Below are positions 9,793-18,856 of a DNA stretch of 39,546 bases, in pieces. Below the pieces are notes generated by a model that saw only the letters and a program-made list of their open reading frames with translations, made no database searches and was not told where the DNA came from. A program made the position numbers and the translations under genes. Each line of letters starts with the position of its first letter. Positions within the stretch are counted from its first letter, which is position 1. Source of the DNA: an uncultured Phascolarctobacterium sp. (GTDB lineage: Bacteria > Bacillota > Negativicutes > Acidaminococcales > Acidaminococcaceae); NCBI GenBank assembly GCA_964595445.1, contig CAZQQK010000002.1, forward strand, positions 1 through 39,546, written 5' to 3'.

Positions 9793-10302
9793 ATGGCGCA
9801 GTCAAGTCACACATTGTTCCGTCGCATACGCTGTATAAAGAGCAGTTTAGAAAAGGCAGAGCAGAGCTTTATGGATAATAAGGATATACGTGGCGAGCTT
9901 GATTTGATGTTGGCTGAGGCAGAGCTTAAAAATCTGCGTCGAAAAAAAGACTGCCCTTGGAATTGGAATCGCCAGCTTTTGGCAGGCTGTGCAGCGATAC
10001 TTTTAATTTTAGCAGGTGTTGGCGGCTGGCTTTGTGCGAAAGATCATTACCGCACTAAAGTGTATCAGGTATCGCCTGTTCCAGTGACTGCTGCTGTAAA
10101 AGTATCTGAGCCTGTTAGGCAGGATATTATAAATACAGCCGCTGAAGAGCAATCTCTTTCTGCTGAAATAAATGCAGAAACAGTAAAGCATGATATACCG
10201 GTACAGAAACAGGAAACTGCTGCTGACCGTATTACCATATCAAAAGCTGATATGTACAAGTTAGTACAGTCGGCACGAGTGGAATTGAGCAATTCTAATT
10301 GA
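9793..10302 (+). CDS. Hypothetical single-pass membrane protein (possible anti-sigma factor)
   Basis: Charged helical N-terminus (IRGELDLMLAEAELKNLRRK), one TM segment (LLAGCAAILLILAGVGGWL), low-complexity tail; RBS AAGGGG. Confidence 0.75.
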   Translation: MAQSSHTLFRRIRCIKSSLEKAEQSFMDNKDIRGELDLMLAEAELKNLRRKKDCPWNWNRQLLAGCAAILLILAGVGGWLCAKDHYRTKVYQVSPVPVTAAVKVSEPVRQDIINTAAEEQSLSAEINAETVKHDIPVQKQETAADRITISKADMYKLVQSARVELSNSN

Positions 10303-10322
10303 ATCGTAAGGAGGAATACTCA

Positions 10323-12185
10323 TTGAAAAAGAGAAGTTTGTGGCAGCCTTTGACAGTTGGTTTAGCAGCAATGCTGTTAGCAGCACCTGTCTATGCTGAA
10401 GAAAATCAGGCAAGTACAGTTTCTGCTGAAAAAGTAGTTGCACAGAATGTACAGGAGCCAAAAGAAGATCCAATGGCTCCTTATATAGGGAAAACTATTA
10501 CCAAGCAGATTGTTGAAGGAAATACGAGTGTTCCTGAAGCAGATATTCTTGCTGCTTTGAAAACTAAGCCTGGTATGCAGTTTTCAGAGGCTGCTTTATC
10601 TGAAGATTTAAGTGCTGTTTATGATTTGGGCTGGTTCTATGACCTGCGTCCGGAATTTAAGCTTGTACCTGAGGGTGTGCAGATAATTTACCATGTTATG
10701 GAAAATCCTGTTTATCAGAAAGTTGATATTTCAGGCAACACTGTGCTTAATGCCAAAAAAGCAGAAGGTTTTTTTGACTTACAGCCTGGTAAAACTGCAA
10801 ATTTGAAGGCTATTAATAAATGTGTACAGAAACTGGAGGAGGAATACCGTTCCAATGGTTATATCCTGGCACGTGTAAGCGATGTGCATATGGAAAAGGA
10901 TGGTACTTTAAAAGTTGCTGTTAATGAAGGCATTGTGGAAGACTTCAAAGTTAAGGGGAATGTTAAGACTAAAGACTATGTTATCACTCGTGAGATGAAA
11001 CTGAAAAAAGGACAGCCTTTTAATGCCAGAGCAGCACGCCGCAGTATGCAGCGTGTCTATAATCTTGGCTATTTTGAAGATGTAAACATTAAGCTGAACC
11101 CTGGTCGTGAACCGAATGCAGTAGAAGTAGAAATCAGCGTTATTGAAATGAATACTGGTACTTTTGGTATTGGTGCAGGTTACAGCAATGCAGACGGCTT
11201 TGTTGGCATGATTTCTATTGGTGATAAAAACTTCCGCGGTATTGGTGATAAAATTAATATCCGTTGGGAATTTGGCGGTGAAGATAATAAGAACTATGAC
11301 TTTAGCTATACCCGCCCTTGGATTGACAGCAAGGAAACAAGTGCAACCCTGAATCTTTATGATATTACCAATGAATATGCTGACTACAACATTGATGGTA
11401 ATGAAATTGCTCGTTACGATAAAAAACGCCGTGGTCAGGAACTGACTTTCAGCCGTAAAACCAATAATGAATTTATCAGCAACTATATTACTATTAAAAA
11501 CCGTGATGATATTTATCGCGGCGAAGCTGACGGTTATGAAGGCGACAGCGACCAATATTATGAACCTCAATTTAATCAAAGCGGCAAATACGATGATTCA
11601 TGGATGCCGTCAGATTTCCATGACCGTCGTAAGGAAAACTTTGGTACAACACGCAGTATCACTTTAGGCCGTGTGTATGATTCCCGCGATAATGTTTTTG
11701 ATCCGCATGAAGGCAAACGCATGGGTTACAGTGTGGAATGGGCAGGCGGCTTAGGCGGCGATTTTGACTTTACCAAATGGACTGCTGACTGGCGTTATTA
11801 CTATCGTGCAGGCGGCGAAAGCGTTTGGGCTTTGAACCTTGGTGCTGGTTATGCAAGCGGCAGTATGCCTCTTAGCCAACGCTTTACTATGGGCGGCAGT
11901 GATACTCTGCGCGGTTACGAGGATGATCAGTTCCGTGGCAACAGTATGCTGAAAGCTACACTTGAATATCGCTTCCCCATTGTTAAAAAAGTACAGGGTG
12001 TACTTTTCACTGATAATGGTTATGCTTGGGATAAACGCCATGAAGATCATTTCGATCTTGGTTTGATAAAGAACAGTTATGGTGCAGGTTTACGTATTAA
12101 TTCACCGCTTGGTCCTGTTAAGTTGGATTATGGTTATGGTGAAGACGGCGGTAAATTCCACTTTAGCTTTGGCGGTCAGTTCTGA
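10323..12185 (+). CDS. bamA: BamA/Omp85 outer membrane protein assembly factor, 3 POTRA domains
   Basis: Signal peptide ending VYA, POTRA motifs (VYDLGWF, VYNLGYFEDV), loop-6 motif GGSDTLRGY, SPLGPVKLDYGYG, ends FHFSFGGQF; TTG 10323 lies 8 nt after AAGGAGG. Confidence 0.95.
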   Translation: MKKRSLWQPLTVGLAAMLLAAPVYAEENQASTVSAEKVVAQNVQEPKEDPMAPYIGKTITKQIVEGNTSVPEADILAALKTKPGMQFSEAALSEDLSAVYDLGWFYDLRPEFKLVPEGVQIIYHVMENPVYQKVDISGNTVLNAKKAEGFFDLQPGKTANLKAINKCVQKLEEEYRSNGYILARVSDVHMEKDGTLKVAVNEGIVEDFKVKGNVKTKDYVITREMKLKKGQPFNARAARRSMQRVYNLGYFEDVNIKLNPGREPNAVEVEISVIEMNTGTFGIGAGYSNADGFVGMISIGDKNFRGIGDKINIRWEFGGEDNKNYDFSYTRPWIDSKETSATLNLYDITNEYADYNIDGNEIARYDKKRRGQELTFSRKTNNEFISNYITIKNRDDIYRGEADGYEGDSDQYYEPQFNQSGKYDDSWMPSDFHDRRKENFGTTRSITLGRVYDSRDNVFDPHEGKRMGYSVEWAGGLGGDFDFTKWTADWRYYYRAGGESVWALNLGAGYASGSMPLSQRFTMGGSDTLRGYEDDQFRGNSMLKATLEYRFPIVKKVQGVLFTDNGYAWDKRHEDHFDLGLIKNSYGAGLRINSPLGPVKLDYGYGEDGGKFHFSFGGQF

Positions 12186-12207
12186 TTTAATGGAGCATGA
12201 TTAGGCG

Positions 12208-13479
12208 ATGAGGCTGAATATAATCTTTTTGTTTGCTGCAATGACAAGCATTTTGCCATTGCAGCAAGCTTTTTCTGCCCCAATTGAAAAGGTCAATGTG
12301 CAGGTTGTTGATACTAACGGTGGTACTAGTGACGTACTTCTGCAAAAAATGAGCAGCAGTATGCAGGTGGTCGCTGAACAGCTTCTGTCAGATAAGGATA
12401 CAGATACTGTAAAAACTGCGGAAAGCGAATATCTGCATTTGTTTACAGAAATAGGAGATCGTGTTTTTACTGGTTATGAACTTACAGAGGCTGTAATGAA
12501 TGTTGGTGAGATTACCAATATTCGTCTTTATGCACGCCCTTGGAGCGGAGTAATTGCACAGCCGGAAATTGATGTGCAGTTTTCCGGAGTAGAGCCGCAG
12601 ACCGCAGCTTTGTTGCAGCAGCGAATTCCAGAGCTGAAAATGCAGTTGGCACAGACTATAAGCGGTGCTTCAACAGAGGCTGGTGACTGGGCAGAAGGCG
12701 TTTTGCGCAAAATGGTACGTAGACAAATGCAGGAACAGCTTCCAGAGTTTAAAGCAGCGGTAGATGTGCTGCAGGAAAACGGTCATACAGTAGTGCAGGT
12801 TGTAATTTATCCTGTGGGGCAGTTAGTAGGAGCGATAGATTATGAGCTGCACAGTGAGGCTATACCAAATATTCTGCTTTTACAGCTTAAATATAAATAT
12901 GAAGCGGAATGTGATAAACTGCGCGGACTTCCTGTTGCTTATGTACAGCGACATCGTGCGGAACTGGAGCAATTGCTGCAGAAAAAACTTTTGGCAGAGT
13001 TTGACGTACAAAAATATAAATTACAGCCTGTGGTAAAAATTATTCCCGGAGCTGATTTAAGTATAGATATTACTATAGATTCTGATGATTATAAAATTTG
13101 GTTTGAAGGTTATGGTGATATAGGACGAGATACGGATAATCTTTCAGGAAAGGCACATATCGGCAAGTTTATTTCGCCAAGAGATGAAGTTTTTGGTGAA
13201 GCAGAGATTATTTTGGACGATGTGCAATGGAATTTTGGCTTAGGTTATGCACGATACTGGGGTAAGAGCAGTTGGAGTTATATAAGGCGTATGCCTATAG
13301 GCGATAATGATTATAGGCTGGAATATAAACTGAGTCCTAAGTGGCGTCTGCGCGCGGAGCATTTTTCTGGTGATGATAGAAATGAGTTTGGAATACGTTA
13401 TCGTGTTCATGAATTTTTGAGTGCGGAATATGTTTATGGCGGTGACGAATTTTATTTGCGGATTATAGGAAATCTGTGA
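12208..13479 (+). CDS. Hypothetical exported protein with three POTRA-like repeats and a small C-terminal beta-barrel-like domain
   Basis: Signal peptide (…QQAFSA), three ~90 aa beta-alpha-alpha-beta-beta units, aromatic-rich alternating strands in the last ~130 aa; the ORF is well supported, the fold is inferred. Confidence 0.65.
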   Translation: MRLNIIFLFAAMTSILPLQQAFSAPIEKVNVQVVDTNGGTSDVLLQKMSSSMQVVAEQLLSDKDTDTVKTAESEYLHLFTEIGDRVFTGYELTEAVMNVGEITNIRLYARPWSGVIAQPEIDVQFSGVEPQTAALLQQRIPELKMQLAQTISGASTEAGDWAEGVLRKMVRRQMQEQLPEFKAAVDVLQENGHTVVQVVIYPVGQLVGAIDYELHSEAIPNILLLQLKYKYEAECDKLRGLPVAYVQRHRAELEQLLQKKLLAEFDVQKYKLQPVVKIIPGADLSIDITIDSDDYKIWFEGYGDIGRDTDNLSGKAHIGKFISPRDEVFGEAEIILDDVQWNFGLGYARYWGKSSWSYIRRMPIGDNDYRLEYKLSPKWRLRAEHFSGDDRNEFGIRYRVHEFLSAEYVYGGDEFYLRIIGNL

Positions 13480-13485
13480 CGATTC

Positions 13486-13514
13486 TTGAAAGTAAAGCAT
13501 TAGACTGATATAAT
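13486..13514 (+). promoter_or_regulatory. SigA promoter upstream of the ompH/skp genes
   Basis: TTGAAA (13486-13491), 17 nt spacer, TGaTATAAT (-10 at 13509-13514). Confidence 0.8.
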
Positions 13515-13576
13515 AAGATATATTACTGTAAGACTGTTGGGTAGTCTGATATAAAAAGAAAGTAGGGATTTTAATT

Positions 13577-14062
13577 ATGATGCAGCAATTGCGTAATCCT
13601 AAAAATGTTAAGCTGATATCATTATTTGTTGCAACGATTTTTGTACTTGGCTGCTTTGCTTTATCTGTTACACAAAGCGGTTTTGGTAAATCTGCTTCGG
13701 CAGCATCAGTGGAATCTGCTATTGGTGTGGTAAACTATCAGATGTTGGTAGCACAAAGTCCTGATTTAAAGGCTGTTGACGAAGCTATGCAAAAAGAAAT
13801 TGAAGCAGCAAAGGCGGACTTTGATGAAAAAAGCAAAAGCATGAATGAGGCTGAAAAGGGTAAATATTATGCTCAGACTCAGGAACGCTTGGCAAATAAA
13901 CAGAAAGAATTAATGGAACCTGTTTTGAAAAAAATTGAAGAAGCTATCAAAAAGGTTGCTGATAAAAAAGGGCTTGTTGTAGTGGTAGATAAGAGTACAG
14001 TTGTTTTTGGCGGTGTTGATATTACTGATGAAGCTGCAAAATCTCTACAAGCTGTTAAATAA
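13577..14062 (+). CDS. ompH: OmpH/Skp periplasmic chaperone
   Basis: N-terminal hydrophobic segment, IGVVNYQMLVAQSP, coiled coil, VADKKGLVVVVDKSTVVFGGVDITDE. Confidence 0.9.
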   Translation: MMQQLRNPKNVKLISLFVATIFVLGCFALSVTQSGFGKSASAASVESAIGVVNYQMLVAQSPDLKAVDEAMQKEIEAAKADFDEKSKSMNEAEKGKYYAQTQERLANKQKELMEPVLKKIEEAIKKVADKKGLVVVVDKSTVVFGGVDITDEAAKSLQAVK

Positions 14063-14138
14063 GAGCTGCTAAGATTCTTGCATTAAGTTGTCATAAACAG
14101 GTACATAGTAAAAATATATGTTGTGCCGGGAGGTTTAC

Positions 14139-15074
14139 ATGATCAGGAAAAAGCTGGAGAAAATAGGGGTTGTTATAGCCGCGGCTCTGCTGATTTCGGC
14201 ATGTAGTACTAGTATTCAGGGGCAGCAGGAAAATATTGCTGTTATAAATTGGGAAAAGGCAGCAGCGGAACATCCGGATTTTACTAAGCTGGAACAGGGA
14301 GAAAAGATTCTAAAGGATTTACTGCTCAAACGTAAACAACAGGAACTCATGTCTAAAGCACAGTTTAGCAGCTTAAGCAAGCTGCGTGCTTTGCGGCAGC
14401 TCAGTCAGCAAAGTTATCTAGATGCAGATTTTAACACACGTATGGTGGAACAGCGTGAGCGTGAGAATATAAAGCTGCAAAAGGTGTTTGCACAAGCAGA
14501 GGCTGAGGCAGATGCACAGTTGTCTTCGCAGCGAAAAGCAGTAGAAGACTCCTTTAAGCTGAAAATTTTTAATCTGCGTGCACGTTTGGAATCTGTAGAA
14601 ATAAAGCCTGATGAACGCAAGGCTTTGGAAGCAGAACTAAGACAGGTTCAGCATGAACGTGGTACAAAAATTACTCAGTTACAGGCAGAGAAACGAAAAC
14701 TTGTAGAGATAAAAGTACTTCCGTATAAGGCTGAGGCAGAGCAGAGAATGCGTGATGCTGCCGCTAAATATCATGCTGAGATGCGAAAGGAAATGCAGGC
14801 TTCTGAAGAACGTGATGCCAAGCTTTTAAGTACTGCTCCCAAGGCGTTAAGCAATGCTCTTAGTATTATGGACAGAGAGATTGATAAGCAGCAGGAAAAG
14901 AATGATACTCTGAAAAAGAAGATACATCAGGATATTGAAAGTCAAGCAGTAAGACTGGCTCATGAGCGTGGCTATACTGTTGTTTTTAAACAGTATCAAG
15001 TGAATATTAAAGCTGAGGATATTACTGCTGACATTGTTCAGAACTTAAAAAAGATAAAAATAAGTGAGGTTTAA
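14139..15074 (+). CDS. Extended OmpH/Skp-like lipoprotein with a long coiled coil
   Basis: Lipobox-like LISAC, Skp N-motif IAVINWEKAAAEHP, C-motif LAHERGYTVVF..EDITADIV; ATG 14139 follows GGAGG. Confidence 0.75.
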   Translation: MIRKKLEKIGVVIAAALLISACSTSIQGQQENIAVINWEKAAAEHPDFTKLEQGEKILKDLLLKRKQQELMSKAQFSSLSKLRALRQLSQQSYLDADFNTRMVEQRERENIKLQKVFAQAEAEADAQLSSQRKAVEDSFKLKIFNLRARLESVEIKPDERKALEAELRQVQHERGTKITQLQAEKRKLVEIKVLPYKAEAEQRMRDAAAKYHAEMRKEMQASEERDAKLLSTAPKALSNALSIMDREIDKQQEKNDTLKKKIHQDIESQAVRLAHERGYTVVFKQYQVNIKAEDITADIVQNLKKIKISEV

Positions 15075-15080
15075 TTGATT

Positions 15081-15485
15081 ATGAAAAAAATATTTGCTGG
15101 TCTAATGATTGCTGCAGCTATGTTCAGTTTTGGCTGTGGACGCAGTGCTGAATTTGGTACTGTAGATATGCCTAAGCTGGAGCAGGAAGCACCTATCGTA
15201 AAAACTACTCAGGAAGATGTTACCAAGCATATGACGGAGCTGAAAGCTCAAATGGATAAAGATTTAGAAGGCAAAACAGGTGATGATGCACGAAAGGTTG
15301 CTGAGGATTATGCTGCAAAAGCTAAGTTAATCCAAAGCGAAGCACAAAATAAGTTGAAAGCAAGTCTTGATAATGCACTGAGTCAAGTTGCTAAAGAAAA
15401 AAATCTGGGAGCAATTTTAGATAAACGTGCAGTTCCGCAAGGCGGTACAGATGTTACCAGTGATGTGGTTGCAAAAATGCAATAA
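15081..15485 (+). CDS. ompH: Short OmpH/Skp-family lipoprotein
   Basis: Lipobox-like FSFGC, FGTVDMPKL, VAKEKNLGAILDKRAVPQGGTDVTSDVV; start could also be TTG 15075. Confidence 0.8.
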   Translation: MKKIFAGLMIAAAMFSFGCGRSAEFGTVDMPKLEQEAPIVKTTQEDVTKHMTELKAQMDKDLEGKTGDDARKVAEDYAAKAKLIQSEAQNKLKASLDNALSQVAKEKNLGAILDKRAVPQGGTDVTSDVVAKMQ

Positions 15486-15496
15486 GCAGCACCCTG

Positions 15497-15525
15497 AAGC
15501 GGGCGGAGAGTCCGTCCGCTTTTTT
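15497..15525 (+). terminator. Intrinsic terminator after the ompH genes
   Basis: AAGCGGGCGGA-GAG-TCCGTCCGCTT followed by a T-run. Confidence 0.85.
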
Positions 15526-15562
15526 GCATAAGCAGTTAAGCTGTGATTGATGGAGGTATGAA

Positions 15563-16585
15563 ATGGAGAAGAGTGTACAAGAGTTAGCTGATTTTTTAAA
15601 GGGCACAGTAGAGCATGATAACCCCAATCTGAAAATTACTGGTGTCAATGGTCTTGTAGAAGCAGGAGCGCATGATATTTCTTTTGCGGTTCCGCCGCAT
15701 GTGGAACACTGTCATTTGAGCAAAGCAGGCGTCATGGTTCTTAGTCCGGAAGATCCTGAACTTGATGGTCGTCCTGTTATTCGTGTGGAAAATCCGCGTG
15801 CTGCGTTCGCTGCTTTGTTGGAACTGTTCCGTCCGCAGGAAGAAGTAGAGCGTGTTATCAGTCCTTATGCCTATGTGTCGAAAAAGGCTAAAATTGGTGC
15901 GAATGTTGCTGTTCAGCCTTTTGCAGTAATTGAAGATGATGCTGAAATTGGTGATGGCTGCGTTATTTATCCGCATACTTATATTGGCAGACGTGTAAAA
16001 ATTGGTAAGGACTGCACTCTTTATCCTAATACTACAGTACGTGAGGACTGTGTCCTTGGTGATCGAGTTATTTTGCAGTCAGGCTCTGTTATAGGCGGTG
16101 ATGGGTTTGGCTATATTACGCAGAACGCTAAGCACAGCAAAGTTTTGCAGACAGGAAATGTAGTGCTTCAAGATGACGTTGAAATAGGCAGCAATACTTG
16201 TATTGATCGTGCTACCGTTGACAGCACTATTGTCGGCAAGGGAACTAAGATTGATAATTTGGTACATTTGGGACATAATGATATTTTAGGTGAAAACTGC
16301 TTGGTGGTTGCACATGTAGGCATTTCCGGCAGTGTAACAGTTGGTAATAATGTAACTTTTGCTGGTCAGGTTGGCACTGTTGGACATATTAATATTGGCA
16401 ACAATTGTGTATTTGGCGGCAAAACTGGTATTACTAATAATGTGCCTGATAACTCTGTTATGGGTGGTTTCCCTGCTATGCCGATGAAAGAATGGCTGCG
16501 TCAGGAGGCTAATGTTCGCAAGGTTGGAGATGTTTTAAAACGTCTAAAAGCTTTGGAAAAGGAGTTAGCAGAACTTAAAAAGTAA
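15563..16585 (+). CDS. lpxD: UDP-3-O-acylglucosamine N-acyltransferase
   Basis: Hexapeptide repeats, GGDGFGY, VEIGSNTCIDRA, TKIDNLVHLGHN. Confidence 0.96.
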   Translation: MEKSVQELADFLKGTVEHDNPNLKITGVNGLVEAGAHDISFAVPPHVEHCHLSKAGVMVLSPEDPELDGRPVIRVENPRAAFAALLELFRPQEEVERVISPYAYVSKKAKIGANVAVQPFAVIEDDAEIGDGCVIYPHTYIGRRVKIGKDCTLYPNTTVREDCVLGDRVILQSGSVIGGDGFGYITQNAKHSKVLQTGNVVLQDDVEIGSNTCIDRATVDSTIVGKGTKIDNLVHLGHNDILGENCLVVAHVGISGSVTVGNNVTFAGQVGTVGHINIGNNCVFGGKTGITNNVPDNSVMGGFPAMPMKEWLRQEANVRKVGDVLKRLKALEKELAELKK

Positions 16586-16597
16586 GGTGGTGTCTAT

Positions 16598-17494
16598 TTG
16601 TTAGGCTACTATATTGTTAAGCTTTTCAGCAAGTTTATGTGTATTGCCCCATTGTGGCTGCGTAAACTTACTGCTCATTTTTTGGGCAGTATAGCTGTGA
16701 TGGTAGTGCCGCGCTGGCGTATGCAGATGGCAGAAGCTAATATTCGTGAATGCTTGGGCGTAAGTAATGAACGAGCACAGCAGATTGCTGCTGATAGTCT
16801 GCACCGCTTTGGACGTATGGTTGTAGAGGTTATGCGTTTTCCGCTGCTGAATAATACTAATATAGAAAAAAAAGTAAAAGTAGAAGGTCTTGAATATCTT
16901 GAGCAAGCCTATGCTCAGGGAAAAGGTGTTATTATGGCTACGGGGCATTATGGAAATTGGGAGCTGTTGGGTGCTACGGTAGCTTTGCATGGTTATCCGA
17001 TGCTTTCGATTACCCGCAAGCAAAATAACAGTCATATGGATAAACTCATTAATGAATTTCGGCAAATGGTGGGACAGCGTGTTACCTATAATCGTGGTGA
17101 GCATGGTTTGTTGGCAATCAGCCGTATGCTTAGAGAAAAAAATCTTTTAGGAGTATTGTTTGATCAGGATACGAACGATGATGGAGTAAAAATAGATCTT
17201 TTTGGTAAGGATTCAGTTATTCCGTTGGGACCGGCAGCGTTATCGAGAATTTACGGTTCACCGATTTTGCCGATTTTTTTGCATAACAATGATGATGGCA
17301 GTTGTACAGCAAAAATTTATCCGCCTCTTTATACACCTAGAACAAAAAATAAAGAACAGGATTTTTATGTGGTAACTAGAGATCTTGTAACTATTTTAGA
17401 ACATGAAATTATTGCACATCCTGAAATGTGGTTTTGGGTTCATGATCGTTGGAAAGATGGCAGAGAACGCTTTGGCAAGAAAAATAGAAAATAA
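16598..17494 (+). CDS. lpxL: Lipid A late acyltransferase (LpxL/HtrB family), copy 1
   Basis: GHYGNWE, LGVLFDQD, HPEMWFWVHDRWK; TTG start after AAGGTGG. Confidence 0.88.
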   Translation: MLGYYIVKLFSKFMCIAPLWLRKLTAHFLGSIAVMVVPRWRMQMAEANIRECLGVSNERAQQIAADSLHRFGRMVVEVMRFPLLNNTNIEKKVKVEGLEYLEQAYAQGKGVIMATGHYGNWELLGATVALHGYPMLSITRKQNNSHMDKLINEFRQMVGQRVTYNRGEHGLLAISRMLREKNLLGVLFDQDTNDDGVKIDLFGKDSVIPLGPAALSRIYGSPILPIFLHNNDDGSCTAKIYPPLYTPRTKNKEQDFYVVTRDLVTILEHEIIAHPEMWFWVHDRWKDGRERFGKKNRK

Positions 17495-17506
17495 AGGAGT
17501 AGCAAA

Positions 17507-18355
17507 ATGACCGAGCAAATAAAGAATTTCCAGCATACCATTGCTAAGGAAATTTCCTATTCCGGTATTGGACTGCATTCTGGCAAGGATGTATTAATGA
17601 CATTGAAACCTGCTGAGGTAAATACTGGTATTGTTTTTGTCCGTACAGATTTACCTGGTAAACCGGAAATTAGAGCTTTGGCAGAGAATGTAAGTTCTAC
17701 TGTTAAAGCAACCACCTTGAGTGAAAATGGTGCAGAGGTATTTACAGTAGAACATCTCATGGGAGCACTTTCCATGATGGCTATTGATAATATTCGTATA
17801 GAAATGTCTTCACCAGAGCCGCCTGTAACTGACGGCAGTGCGAAGGTTTTTTGCGAACTTATTGAACAGGCTGAACCTGTTGCACAAGAAGCAGAACGTA
17901 AAGTTTATGTTGTAGATAAAGCTTTTTCTGTATATGATGGGGATAGATATATAGTTATTCTGCCGTATGATGGATACAGAATTTCGTTTACCTCAATTAA
18001 TAGTCATCCAATGCTGGGAACCCAGTATTTTGATATTCTTCTGGATAAAGAAAGCTTTAAAAAGGAAATAATGTCTGCCAGAACTGTAGCGTTTACTTCT
18101 GAATTGGAAATGCTGCGGAAGTTAGGACTTGGACTTGGAGGTTCTTTGGAAAATGTAGTGGTTTTTGATGAGGAAAAAATCCTTTCTGTACCGCGTTTTG
18201 ACAATGAGCTTATCAGGCATAAAATTCTTGATGCGATTGGCGATTTTTATTTATTAGGTCCTATTAAGGCGCATATAATTGCTGTAAAAACGGGACATGC
18301 CTTTAATTCTCAGTTGGCAAAGAAGATTCAAGCCTATAGAACAAAGGAGGAGTAA
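17507..18355 (+). CDS. lpxC: UDP-3-O-acyl-GlcNAc deacetylase
   Basis: GIGLHSG, TVEHLMGAL, EPPVTDGSA, RHKILDAIGD, TGHAFN. Confidence 0.96.
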   Translation: MTEQIKNFQHTIAKEISYSGIGLHSGKDVLMTLKPAEVNTGIVFVRTDLPGKPEIRALAENVSSTVKATTLSENGAEVFTVEHLMGALSMMAIDNIRIEMSSPEPPVTDGSAKVFCELIEQAEPVAQEAERKVYVVDKAFSVYDGDRYIVILPYDGYRISFTSINSHPMLGTQYFDILLDKESFKKEIMSARTVAFTSELEMLRKLGLGLGGSLENVVVFDEEKILSVPRFDNELIRHKILDAIGDFYLLGPIKAHIIAVKTGHAFNSQLAKKIQAYRTKEE

Positions 18356-18358
18356 ATT

Positions 18359-18805
18359 ATGACAGTTCTAGATATCAATGAAATTAAAAAGATCCTGCCG
18401 CATCGTTACCCTATGTTGCTGGTAGACCGTATTTTGGAAATTGAGCCTATGAAACGTGCTGTTGGTATTAAAAATATAACTGCTAATGAAATGCAGTTTT
18501 TGGGTCATTTCCCTAATGATCCTATTATGCCTGGTGTTTTGCTTATAGAGGCTATGGCTCAGGTTGGCGGTGTTGCTATGCTGTATCCGGAAGAGAATCG
18601 TGGAAAGATTGCTGTTTTTGCTAAAATTGATAATGTACGTTTTCGCAAACAGGTTGTTCCTGGAGATCAGGTAGTTACTACTGCTGAAGTTACAAAGATT
18701 ATGCGTGCAAATATGGGGATTATTCATTGTGAAGGCAGAGTTGATGGTAAGATTGCCTGTGAATGTGATTGTACATTTGCTATTATGGAGCCGAAAGAGA
18801 ATTAA
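18359..18805 (+). CDS. fabZ: 3-hydroxyacyl-ACP dehydratase
   Basis: LPHRYPMLLVDRI, GHFPNDPIMPGVLLIEAMAQ. Confidence 0.97.
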   Translation: MTVLDINEIKKILPHRYPMLLVDRILEIEPMKRAVGIKNITANEMQFLGHFPNDPIMPGVLLIEAMAQVGGVAMLYPEENRGKIAVFAKIDNVRFRKQVVPGDQVVTTAEVTKIMRANMGIIHCEGRVDGKIACECDCTFAIMEPKEN

Positions 18806-18856
18806 TCAGCGAAAAGTATAAAAAGCTGTAAATAGCAGTAAAACAAAGAAAAACAG

